A stretch of 64,000 nucleotides of DNA, from NCBI GenBank assembly GCA_040954595.2, contig CM082578.2:10547166-10611165 (forward strand), written 5' to 3'. This DNA is from Balanoglossus misakiensis. Taxonomy: Eukaryota; Animalia; Hemichordata. Made by a program: the position numbers and the translations under genes. Positions 13,321-24,713 of the stretch are shown here, one piece after another (position 1 is the stretch's first letter; every line of letters begins with the position of its first letter). The notes under the pieces are model-generated. The model had not been told where the DNA came from. It ran no database searches and saw nothing but the letters and a program-made list of their open reading frames with translations.

Positions 13321-13330
13321 GCCTGTCTGT
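13283..13330. repeat. (CTGT)n microsatellite
   Basis: About 12 copies seen directly. Confidence 0.95.
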
Positions 13331-15672
13331 TTGTTATTCTACCGCACGGCAAGGCATTATAAAGGCAACATCCTCGAAATGATAATGACTAATTTTACAA
13401 TGAAGTTTGCTCATCTTAATTTCAAATGATGTGGTGAGTTTAAATATTGTAAACCCCACTCAGTTCCCTGGGAAAGTTTAAGAATAACTTTTACTGACAT
13501 TCGACAAAGATAGTGTGTTGATAGTATAATACGTTATGATTACATTGCTACGCTCATGTTGAGAGTTAACAACGGTTTCATCTCTGCGTTAGATCATGTC
13601 ACCACGTCCATGTTATAGATGGAAGTGATGACATAAATAAATTGGTTATATAACTTATATTATAATGAATGATCATATATCCAATAAGTATTCAATGATA
13701 GCATTTTTATACTTTTATCATTTGAAAAGTTGATTTAAACATTCAAATCCGCCTTTCCAGGATAGTTTATTAGCTCTGTACATTTTGTGTTACATATAAC
13801 ATTACAGGAGATGACAAGACATGACATGATATGGACAAAAGTGAGGAAAATGCACTGGCATATGTGTATGCAATTTATTCATTAGTACAATAAAATGGTG
13901 AAGTCATCATTTTGAACCAAATGCACCACGACTCACTAATTTCTTGCAACCCGAAATACCTACTATTGCCACCATTATCCCACATCTCGTGGCCACCACA
14001 CAGATTTACACAGACAAGGAAGAGTATCTGTAGTTTTAGAAAGTTAGGTTTTTTTCACACCTCATCTCCGAAAGAACTCCTGTATCTGTACGGAGCACTT
14101 TGGGTCTGTGTTAAAACTGTCTCACTTATGTTTCACTTCTTCCATGCCTCGAGGTTAGCGCAAAATAATGACACCGACTTAAGCTGAGCAACCGTGATAG
14201 CTTTTGGTATACAGTGAGACTTGTAAGGACCAGTTTCTTAGGCTACACGGAGAAGTTCACCGAACCCGGAAATACGACTGACATTAATATGGAAGCCTTT
14301 ACTTGGGGGTGACCTTCGCAAACAAAAGGTACTTTGCTTTTTTAAAGGGCGTTGTTCATTTTAACCCACAGCACAATTAACATAGGCGTGGTCACAGAAC
14401 CATGGCGTAATTACTGTACCAAAACATTTGCAGATAGAGTCCAAAACGGTGCTACGGTGCTAATGACACGAGGAAGTTCAAGTGAACATACATCCAATAA
14501 TTCCTCTTTGATACCGGAGGTTCTTTGTAGACATGGTAAATTCCTAATTTTGACATTGTGAATAGGAGACCTATTCAAAGATTGAGGTCTTTATAAAGGC
14601 TTTCAGAAACGTATTTTGCATATTAGAGGTGGCTACGTGCAGCCAAGGAGGTACCAATGCGACCAACCGAAAACTTTATTCTTTGCGGTAAACAACCCAG
14701 ACACCCGATGTTGACATGGGTTACTTGAGAATAAAGAGATTACCCTTTGTTTGCAACAATACAAATTCAAACGTTCAAGCTGACCTACCCCAACCCTTCC
14801 CCTATCCTCCTCTTTCATTGAGAGCTTCAAAATATTTACACACAACTTTTATGGCGTAACTTTAAAAATTCGCTCAATGGTAGGACCAAGCAACTGTTTA
14901 GCTTGAGCGGAAAAACTTTATAACTGATCGGATAAGAATTTCGTTACATCTACACACGTTACGTCTATTAACAACCTCCCTGGACACATATTGGTGGCCC
15001 TTCTCTTTCATCATCCAATTGGAAAGTTGATTAGCTCGACCAACAATCTCCCTAATCTGCCTGAAATAAACAGCATCATTGAACAAAGCTTGGAATGGCC
15101 TAGCAAAGATGACTCGACCTTTGAGGTGTTGACAACATGAAATGCATTAGGTCGACGGATGAAAATAGTTTTTGCTGAGACCTGAAATGCATGCGATTAT
15201 ACATCTATGTATCATTCAAACCTGTAATAAACTTCAGGTACAGATCTATAGGTACGCAAATAGAGCAATTTATGTTAGGACATTATGCGGTTCTTGGTGA
15301 CTGCAGGTTGCCCGTGGGAAAGGTGTTTAGGTCAACGTATGTATTAAGATCCATTGTCCATTTTACAATTGAGTCGAATGCCGAGGGGTTACGATGCCAC
15401 TTGCCTCTGCTCAGTGATCAAGGAAGCTTCCCATCGTCGTTACGCACGCATTGGCACACCTTGTTTATCATCAAAGTCAACTCCGTTTATTGAAGTTTGT
15501 CTACCGGGTTTGTATACCAGCTGCCTGAGGAATCATTTAATGCGCCACTGGATTTGCCGTGAACAACCTTAAAGCGACGTTTGTTCGTGCGTTTGCGAAT
15601 AAACCCTATACAGCTGGTGGTGTTCGGTTTCATTGTGCTAGGTGAGAGATTGAATGAAATGTTGTACTGTAA

Positions 15673-15819
15673 TTTCACTTTCCAGTATGTCTATCTATCT
15701 ATCTATCTACCTTACTGGCCAACTTCAACATATTGAAGGCTTTGCCAGTGAGTGCACCTTAGTACAGTAGAAGACATAGCCTGTCACAATTAGCCTTAAT
15801 CAGTCCCTAGAAAGTGAAA
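15673..15819. promoter_or_regulatory. Pair of IRF-element-like motifs in the 5' UTR intron of LRR-Ig gene 2
   Basis: tttcactttc at 15673-15682 and gaaagtgaaa at 15810-15819. Confidence 0.45.
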
Positions 15820-15940
15820 TACTTCGTACTGCAGCCATTTCGACGTTATTCTCTTAACCGTTCATAATGTCGTTTTATATATTTGTTTCCTAACACAGAT
15901 ATCTCCCTACACTAGGCCATCTTTCTTTGCACCGAATGCC

Positions 15941-18172
15941 ATGGCTGGGATTAAATGGAAGTCTGTTCTGGCATTGTTTATTTTCTGTTCTGCGATCTAT
16001 GAAACGAGAGGCTGTCCAGCTGTATGCTCCTGCAGTGGATCTGGCAGTGTCGATTGTCGTTCTAGATCTTTGACAGACATACCGTTAAACATTCCGGACG
16101 ACGCTCGGTATTTGTACCTCAACTACAACAACATAACAGCAGTTCCACCTCGAGCGTTCAGTTCGCTGTCACATTTGTATGGATTGAACCTCAACGACAA
16201 TTCGATTTCGTCAATTTCGCACGAAGCGTTCCTCGGACTGACCAGTCTAACTCGGTTATACCTTGGCAACAACAATTTAACAACGATTCCAGCTGCTATC
16301 TTTCATGATTTAGTTAACCTCGAAGATTTGTTTCTTCAACACAATGCTCTGGTGTCACTATCACCGAACCAGTTCAATCCTCTGCATCGCTTGGGATGGC
16401 TGAGTCTCGACAACAACAATTTAACAACGATTCCAGCTGCTGTCTTTCACGATTTAGTCAACCTCAATTCTTTGGATCTCCAAAATAATGCTCTGGTGTC
16501 ACTATCACCGAACCAGTTCAATCCTCTGCATCGCTTGGGATGGCTGAGTCTCGACAACAACAATTTAACAACGATTCCAGCTGCTGTCTTTCACGATTTA
16601 GTCGACCTCCATTCTTTGTATCTCCAGAATAATGCTCTGGTGTCACTATCACCGAACCAGTTCAATCATCTCCATCTCTTGTATCGGCTGTATCTCGACA
16701 ACAACAATTTAACAACAATACCAGCTGCTGTCTTTCATAGTTTAGTTAACCTCTTTGAATTGGATCTGCGAAACAATGCTCTAGTGTCACTGTCGCCAAA
16801 CCAGTTCAATCATATGAATCAATTGGTAGTTCTGAATCTCGACAACAACAGGCTGCACCGTCCGCCTAACATTGATGCTCTTAATCGTCTGCGTACATTA
16901 TCCCTTTCTCATAACTATATTAACAGTGTTCCTAGCAACTACTTCAGTACATTAACTGACAGTGCCGGTAGAGTTCATATTGAAACATTGGATCTCGGTT
17001 TTAACAACCTCAGCACGATTCCAAAATTTCATTCTGGTTTCCAGAATGAAAGTTACGCCAAGTCTCGGATGAAGAGAGATATTATAACCGATAAAGTTGT
17101 TATCGTATTTAGCGGAAATCCCATTCGCTTAATCGGCCCGGATGCGTTCAGCTGGATAGCTGCCACTTATGCATTTAGTTATGCTGGTAATGAATTATTT
17201 TTACATCTCTCAGACATGGGTCTTGAGTTTGTTGATGATAGGGCTTTCAGGGGTTTAGATGCATTCGATTATTATACCATTTATCTCCAAAGAAATCGGC
17301 TATATACGTTAACAGAATCGGTCATTTCTGCTATATTATTTAATCGGACTACATATCCCGATTGGATATACGTCCTCTTTCACCTCGGCGACAATCCGTG
17401 GGTATGTGACTGCCGCCTCAAACCACTGCGTCAATTCTTCGAACAAATCCGTTCAGTCTCCTTTGATGACTTTTTTTGCCAAATGCCACTGCAGTACGCT
17501 GGTGTTGAGTTCAGGGCCATGTCAGTTGAAAATCTGAAATGCAGCCTTCAGTTTTTTGAGAACGTTATTTGGACTGATGCTGCAGAAGGTGATGCGATTG
17601 AACTGGAATGTAACGTTACCGGAATACCAGAACCATCAGTGTATTGGATAAATCCAAACGGAGAGATAATTAACACAAGTATCGCGACCAACACCACAGA
17701 CCAGCCCGAAGTTGCAATACTCTCTCACCAAGACAACCTTCTGATAATGTCGGCGCAAACGAAACATTCTGGAACATATGTGTGCATCGCTACTAACCTG
17801 GGGGGCACCGCAGTTGCGGTGACCTTCTTAAACGTTGAGTCCAAGTTCGCACTGCCGACAGCATACAGCAGCACGGATAGCATCGCCATCACCCCCGTCG
17901 TCAGCTCCAGATCTAACAAAGCATTTGTGGGAATAGTGACTGGGGCCTTCCTCGGTGGTGTGGTGTTCTGTGCGGTCTTGGTGGCGGCAATCATGATTGT
18001 TGCCAAAAGAATGAAACGCGGAAACGAGACCATGCAAGACAATCAAGCAGAGGGGAAGATGAGATTCAGTGACTTGAAAGAACTCTCTGGGAAGAAAGAC
18101 GACAGCCAGGATGCAGGTGACAGTAGCACTGATGGGAACGTAAATGAAGTCGCCGACATAACAGTCACTTGA
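15941..18172 (+). CDS. LRR-Ig single-pass membrane receptor, long paralog, 743 aa
   Basis: Same architecture as 11323-12975, with 8 additional 24-aa LRRs. The Ig, stalk, TM and tail are nearly identical to gene 1. Confidence 0.95.
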   Translation: MAGIKWKSVLALFIFCSAIYETRGCPAVCSCSGSGSVDCRSRSLTDIPLNIPDDARYLYLNYNNITAVPPRAFSSLSHLYGLNLNDNSISSISHEAFLGLTSLTRLYLGNNNLTTIPAAIFHDLVNLEDLFLQHNALVSLSPNQFNPLHRLGWLSLDNNNLTTIPAAVFHDLVNLNSLDLQNNALVSLSPNQFNPLHRLGWLSLDNNNLTTIPAAVFHDLVDLHSLYLQNNALVSLSPNQFNHLHLLYRLYLDNNNLTTIPAAVFHSLVNLFELDLRNNALVSLSPNQFNHMNQLVVLNLDNNRLHRPPNIDALNRLRTLSLSHNYINSVPSNYFSTLTDSAGRVHIETLDLGFNNLSTIPKFHSGFQNESYAKSRMKRDIITDKVVIVFSGNPIRLIGPDAFSWIAATYAFSYAGNELFLHLSDMGLEFVDDRAFRGLDAFDYYTIYLQRNRLYTLTESVISAILFNRTTYPDWIYVLFHLGDNPWVCDCRLKPLRQFFEQIRSVSFDDFFCQMPLQYAGVEFRAMSVENLKCSLQFFENVIWTDAAEGDAIELECNVTGIPEPSVYWINPNGEIINTSIATNTTDQPEVAILSHQDNLLIMSAQTKHSGTYVCIATNLGGTAVAVTFLNVESKFALPTAYSSTDSIAITPVVSSRSNKAFVGIVTGAFLGGVVFCAVLVAAIMIVAKRMKRGNETMQDNQAEGKMRFSDLKELSGKKDDSQDAGDSSTDGNVNEVADITVT
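16268..16843 (+). repeat. Four tandem 144-bp coding repeats, each encoding two LRRs
   Basis: Units start with aacaacaatttaacaac at 16268, 16412, 16556 and 16700. Confidence 0.95.
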
Positions 18173-19265
18173 CAAGCAGGATAACCCATATATTTGACTG
18201 GAAGAGAGACCTGATGCATTCTCAAACAGGGAACACGGGTCATATTTGAGAATTGACAATGCAAAATGTATTCAGAACGTTCGTCTTAAGTATAAATTTA
18301 GCATTAAATTTCACTGATGAATTTCCACCACTTACATGTATATGACCATTGAGATCTTCGCCTTTATCACCACTGGAACATACTCAAAACTTAAATTGTG
18401 TATATCTTAATCCGTTGTAAATTGGATAGTTCGAGAGACTTTTCTATTTGATCTGAATTGTTTTTTTTGTGGATGGTTTGACTTTAGATAAGTATTTTCG
18501 AAATGACTGTTTGACGCTTATTTAAATTCAATTTGGAAAAGCAGAGAATTCGACTATTTTTATATATTGCATTTCTATTGTTGAGCAAAATTAACATGTC
18601 TTTAGACGGGGAAAACAACCAAGATTTAGTACATGTATTAAATTTGAACTGGCTGTGTCAGTCATTCATTTTGGATCGGATAAAAACAAAAGAAGCCCGC
18701 CCAGTGCACGGTGGCGGCAAACTTCGGCAAAAACAAAATGGCGACTTACTGTTGTTATTAGAGGGGGCCAGCTCAACCGAAAGGTAATTAATCGTTGCTA
18801 GATAATCTGAGATTTCTTTCCGGGTACTTAGTGCCGTGTACAATAGTTCAGCTTAGCATCCTTCTATTGGACGCTCAGTTATCAGGTCACCATGGATCAC
18901 ATGGGCATGGTTTAAAAAAAAATCACATCAGTCTTCTGGTCCGGTCCAGTTGCCACATCGACTGCTGAGCTGTTGGCCTGACTGAACGAACACAATGGTA
19001 CACGGTCGCTGAAATTTGCACAGACGAGAGAGCTCGCCTGACAGGGGAAGAAGAGAAACGTAGCTGAATAATACCCGTACATCATTTTGGATCTGTTACT
19101 GGAGAGAAGACTGGTCATATTTGAGCGACTGTCGACACGCCCACATTTGCGAGTCGGACACGTGTACTGCATGATCGCCATGGTGATGTAGTAGCAATAA
19201 CTGTACGCCCAGGATCTAGGAAGGGTTGCTTACATCTGCGCGGACCAGCTGTACTCGGTAAAAGC

Positions 19266-22200
19266 ATGGCCGTACCACAGTGTGGTACGTCCATGGGTAG
19301 AATGAAACACTGTCCAATAGTTTATGAAACGCAAGCCGTTTCTTTGCATATAAATTTTGAATTACATGTAGTATTTTCCAAAAAGACAGATGGAAAGAAT
19401 GCGAACGGTTTCACAATGTGCTGTGCTTATGAGTATATTAACCGAGCAGCACCCGCTACAATCATTGCAGCTAGCCGCTTTTCTAACCTTTATTTGATCA
19501 GTAACATTCAGTCACTCTATCATGGTCTCTGGTACCAAATTAAATCCTCTTTTTTTTTCCAAATGCAGATGAGCAGAGCTAATAGAGACCAAACCAAAGC
19601 AAGAAGAGACAACATCACAGTTCAGATAATAATGACATCAAAGTGGTTTGCTTGAACTGGAAAAATAATAATGCGTTTGAAAGCAATTGTTTGTGGAAGG
19701 CGCAAATGGGCTTGTAAGTACAAAAAGATTGTAAAGAATGGAATCCACATTATAATAATATAAACATGGCTATTCCTTTTAACCTAGGGCCAAAATAAAA
19801 GCTTGCCAATCCAGCTTATGGCTTGCTAGAAGAGATCTCATACACTTTTAGGTATCGACAGGTATCAACATTAACAATAATTTTACAAAAATGTGTATAA
19901 ATATTGAAAATATAATAAAATGTATCCTGAGTTATGTAACAATTCCTAACTTGCAATTGTGAACATAGCTGCTGCCCCAACACTGACTGATTTCAGCACT
20001 AGTTGTAACATATTCAGTTGAAACCAGCTATACCGGTATATTGTCTTTTTAAACTTTTACAGCATTGGTGAAGGTTGCCTTTGTAAGTTTGGTTTTACTG
20101 CTCTTTTATCAGTGGTACACACTCACTAGAAACACATCAAGCCAGCTGGACACAGGTGAGCTGCCTTTAGCTTCCATCCATTCCAGCACTATCTCAGGTT
20201 GATTACACAGCCACCCGCGATCATCTGGAGGTGGGAGGAAGTAGGGCAGAGGGGGTTATTTGCGCTCAGTGAAGTTTCAGGGATAAATAAAGTCTTTCAT
20301 ATATCTAGCAGAAATATGAAGTACATGTACATGTATTGATATAGTTTTCAAATGTGATCTTTACTCGGTTATATACTCTGAATGAAAGTGAATGAAATCA
20401 AGCAGCGGGGAAGGCAAGAACATGTGCTCAACCACCATGCATGCATTCACACGTACCGTGTCATTTCCACAGAGTTGAAATTTGACGGAGGCAAAGAACT
20501 TGGAGACCGAGAAGAAAAGAAGGATGAAATTAAAGTTGTGGAGTCGACTGACACTCCCAAATGTGGCAACCAGAAAGCGTGCGAGAAGACAGAGACAAGC
20601 TTTCACTTGAAAAGTGGATATTCCACCACTGTTTTCCCCAGTGTCTGTCTGGATGACAAATAGTGAGTAATTCAACAGGCAATTAAGTTTAACCTAGGGA
20701 GATTTAATTTTGTTCATTTGGTTCTTTGTGTACATGTAGTCCAAAATATGCGACTGGTTTATATGCAGTGAAACTTTACATACATGTACATGTAACTTGT
20801 TGCCAAGTGTATATTTCCTTGCTGGCAGGCAGTTTTTACAGGTCGAACATAACAGATGTGCCTTAGGCTCTCTCAGTTCCAAAATCAAAACTGACATAAC
20901 TGACTCTGATTCAGCCTGTGAACTGATATTGATATTACTGTACGACTCTTTTTTTTTCCATTCACCAATCAGCATAATAGGTGCAGATGGTGGCCACCCT
21001 CCAAGTAGGGGTATGGACATTGCCGTCTTAGAAGGTAAGAGCAGTATATATATAAGTGTATCCCTGTTCTGTCATGGATTGTACAGGTGGTCATTGAGTT
21101 CTATACTAATGTGACTCCAGTCCTCTAATATGGAACTGGTGTTTTCTTCAGAGAGTGGGGTATTGCTCAGAAGGAATCAATCATATTTTAATTATGTGAA
21201 TATTAACTAATATATGCTTTTTTCCTCTCTTTTTTTGTACAGAGTCAAGCCAGGCTGTAGTGAAAGCAGAAACCTTTGATTTGTATCAATATGGTGAGTG
21301 GACCATCGGTTGCTTCAGGAGACAGTGTCTGTTTGTAGTTTGTATTGTGGCGGGTTTTTTGTTTTTGTTTTTCACATCAATGCACATAGGCCATAAAAGA
21401 AATTTAAATTGACGCAGGAACCGTAAGCACAATCTATTGTCAACCCATATGCTGCTATGGAGACAACCATACCCAGTGGATAAGAAAACAAACGGGGTTA
21501 CACAATGTATCTACCATATTGTTAAGATGAAAGGTTGTACATCAATATTTTGCAGTTTTGCAATGATACCTTGTATAGTAATTTAAAATTGTTATACAAA
21601 ATCTGCTCCAGTTGGCCTGCAATCCAGTGAAACCATTAAAAGCTTATTTTCAATGCACTGATGTCTGCAGAAAAGACTAAAACTCTCACAGGTGGAATTC
21701 TCTTTTTATGTGCAATTATTTTCTTTCAGACAGTACGCAACTCACTGCCTTTCTGAAGTCGGTCAAAGACCGGCAGATTATCCTGGTGGTGACTTTTGAC
21801 GACGCAGCCAATCAGCTCTCTGGGGAAGCCCGGAAGATCTTCAGTGATGATTTTGGCAGTGCGCTGATAGAACAGCTCAACTACAGAGGAAACTGGGTTT
21901 TCATCGGGCAGAAGGGAGTGCTGGATTCTCCGTATCACCACGAAGAAGTAAGACCATCGGTAGTTTTTGTGTAGTACGCACCTTGGCCTAGGTGATATAG
22001 TCCAGTAAAATGTGCAGAGAGTCTTTTCAAAAGCAAAAAAAGCAAACAAGATGTTTTAATTTTCTCCATAGAGTCAAAGCAGATATTGGCAGCCATTCTG
22101 AATTTGAAATTTAAGTCAGTTTCGCTCATTGAAATTTTTCTCTTGCTTTTTACACTAGATCCACTTATTTGACAAGGCTGAGGGAGAATGGCCGAAGCAG

Positions 22201-24680
22201 ATTGAAATTGAAGGTTGCGTACCTTTACTAAAAGGTAAGTAGAAGAAAGTATAGTCACCTTGTCTGTCTGTATGTTGATTATAGAAAGAATCAAACAAAT
22301 TTAAAGTGATAGGTACCTGCCTGGCTTTCCAAATAATTTTATTAAATAAACCGTGAGTTATTGTGAGCTGATGGTTAAAATAATGCAGACAGGCCTGAAT
22401 CCACTGACCTTGTAAATAGACTTTCACTGCTGGGTTGCTTTGAGTGGCCTCTGACTGAGCCAAGCCATGCATGTTTAACAGGACAAGCTCAAGAAACAGT
22501 GGAATGATACACAGTACTATATGTATGCTGGCTGTGACCTCTGTATGAGTAGGGAGAGACCCACTGTGCCACAGTCAACTAGTGGTTGTTTAATAGGTTG
22601 TAACTTACTGTGTTCACATCATCACTTCCAACTTTTCAGCAGTGGAACCAAAGGCGGGGGAAGCTCTCCAGTCGTCCACCCAGTGTGGACTGCCTGAAGT
22701 GTGCACCGTGTCGAGCATCGCCGTGGCTGTTCATTCAGGCTATGTGGAAAACAACAAAAAGATATTGCCAAGTGTCTGCATCAATGGAGATATGTAAGTT
22801 TCATTACCTCAGAGAAAAAAAAACACATGGATCATGGTTTTGTGTCTGTGTGAATTACCTATAGATATCCAGCAATGATTTGTGAATATTTGTATCTCAC
22901 CAGTGTTATGGGCGACAAAGTCAAGACTCCCAACAGAGGAATCAACATCGTCATCTTCAATCCGGCAAGCAAGAAAGTCGAGAAAACTGCCACGTACGAC
23001 ACATATGAGTCAAGTACGTGGGTTTCTTATTCATTCCTCTGCTACATGTACAAAGATGTGTTCATTTTAAGTTTCTTGTCCCGAAATCTTTTACCGTTTG
23101 ATTCGCCTGATTCCAGGGTTTGATGCTGAACAAAGCAATTGTCAATAAATCTTGGTCAACTTACACCGTGTGTATGTAAATGTGATTCACACAAACTTGA
23201 ATTGATTTCTCTGTAACCGTAGCAAAAGAAGTGTGTTTGAAGAGTCCAGGGTGAGCATTTATCAAGCGTTTCTTTTCCTCACACAGTGGCAGAGAGTGAC
23301 AAGATGGCACAGATGATAAAGTCGGTATCTGCCGGACACCTGGTTATTGCTGCCACCCATGACGAAGCTTCCCATCAGTAAGTTCATCACCAAAGTCTCC
23401 CCCCCAAAAGTTCCTCTTGTCAACTGTTCAACAAGCCCCTCTCTGTAGTTCCCTTCTCTCTCACAGATCCTCTTAGCGACTGTCTCTCTGATCAACACTG
23501 TTATATTTCTGATCCATTCCAGACTTGGCTATGAAGGTAAAGGCGCCTTCATGGGAGTTGGAAGTGGTGAACTACACCAACTGGACTACAGGAGCAGTTG
23601 GGTGTTCATCGGTCAGCAGGGTCTGCATGGTCTCTCGCCGTATGAAAAAATGGCCGACAGGGAGGACCTGGGGTGGGGGCCAAAGGTCGAAATCAAAGAA
23701 TGCATCCCACAAATCAGTAAGTGTTGTGTGGGAGTTGGTGTATATGTACATTTAAAAATCCACCCATTGATATACATGTATTTAAATTTGAGGACCATTG
23801 AAATTATGATGTCACCTGTGTTTTCTGATGATCTACATATACATGAAAAAATCGGCCAAATTTTAGAGGTTTGAAAAAGGATTCCGTGGAGACAGTTGAT
23901 AAAAAAATATACCGCGTTCTAAATTTTTCCAGATGTCCCTAATTGAAAACATTTCCCCCCCCCCCCTTTCAGTCAAACCGTTAGAAGGTCTAAAGGTAGT
24001 TCCAAACAACAGAAAACGTGAACAGTTCTGTAAGGAATATGAAGGCTATGGAGACTTTTGTTCAGGTAAGTTGCCAGATCTTCTACACTGCAGAAGCTAT
24101 TATATTGAAGGGATGAGCACATTGAGGAATTGTTTGAATGTTTAGCAGTATAGCTGTCGGCTACCGTGTTTGTGAATGCTTTTCAAAGTAGACTATATTT
24201 AAGCAATAAAACACCCCCAGCCATGGTATACCACGAGATTTTGACCAGTTCACGACATATACGCACAAGCGATAGCGAGTGCGTATATGGAGTTGAACTG
24301 GTCAAAATCGAGTGGTATACCATGGCTTGGGGTGTTTTATTGCTATTTTATTATGCCAGTATATTGAAACTTTGCATAAAACATTTTAAAAAGGCATTTT
24401 CTTTGACTATGATATATGACTGTGGTATATGGCTAATATATCACGGTCACGTGTCGTGTCTCGACCAATCAAATAGCGTGATTTACACCATCAATATACT
24501 GGTATAATATAATTGGTCTTTTCGTACACTTTCAGAGGAGAACATCAAGAAGTTGCTCCAGCCACTTCCGCTAGACAATGAATCTCTGAAGGACAATCCG
24601 GTATTTTCCATTCCAATCGTAGTTGTACCAGGTGAGCTTCAGTTGAGATTGGTAGATTCTCATGATCATGGTCGATATGG

Positions 24681-24713
<33 letters not shown>

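Larger units (their letters stand above)
14867..18340 (+). repeat. Tandem segmental duplication unit 2
   Basis: Paralog of 10329-13110, with an extra ~83-bp insertion at ~15687-15768 and a 576-bp LRR expansion. Confidence 0.9.

Noticed and set aside
13100-14860. Possible donor LRR cassettes for VLR-style somatic assembly
   Set aside because: I see no LRR-coding fragments in the spacer or flanks, and both genes are complete ORFs, so somatic assembly is not supported within this window.
12234-18264. Antisense ORFs over the LRR-Ig genes, and similar ones over CLCA exons
   Set aside because: These are shadow ORFs of real coding sequence with no independent protein features.
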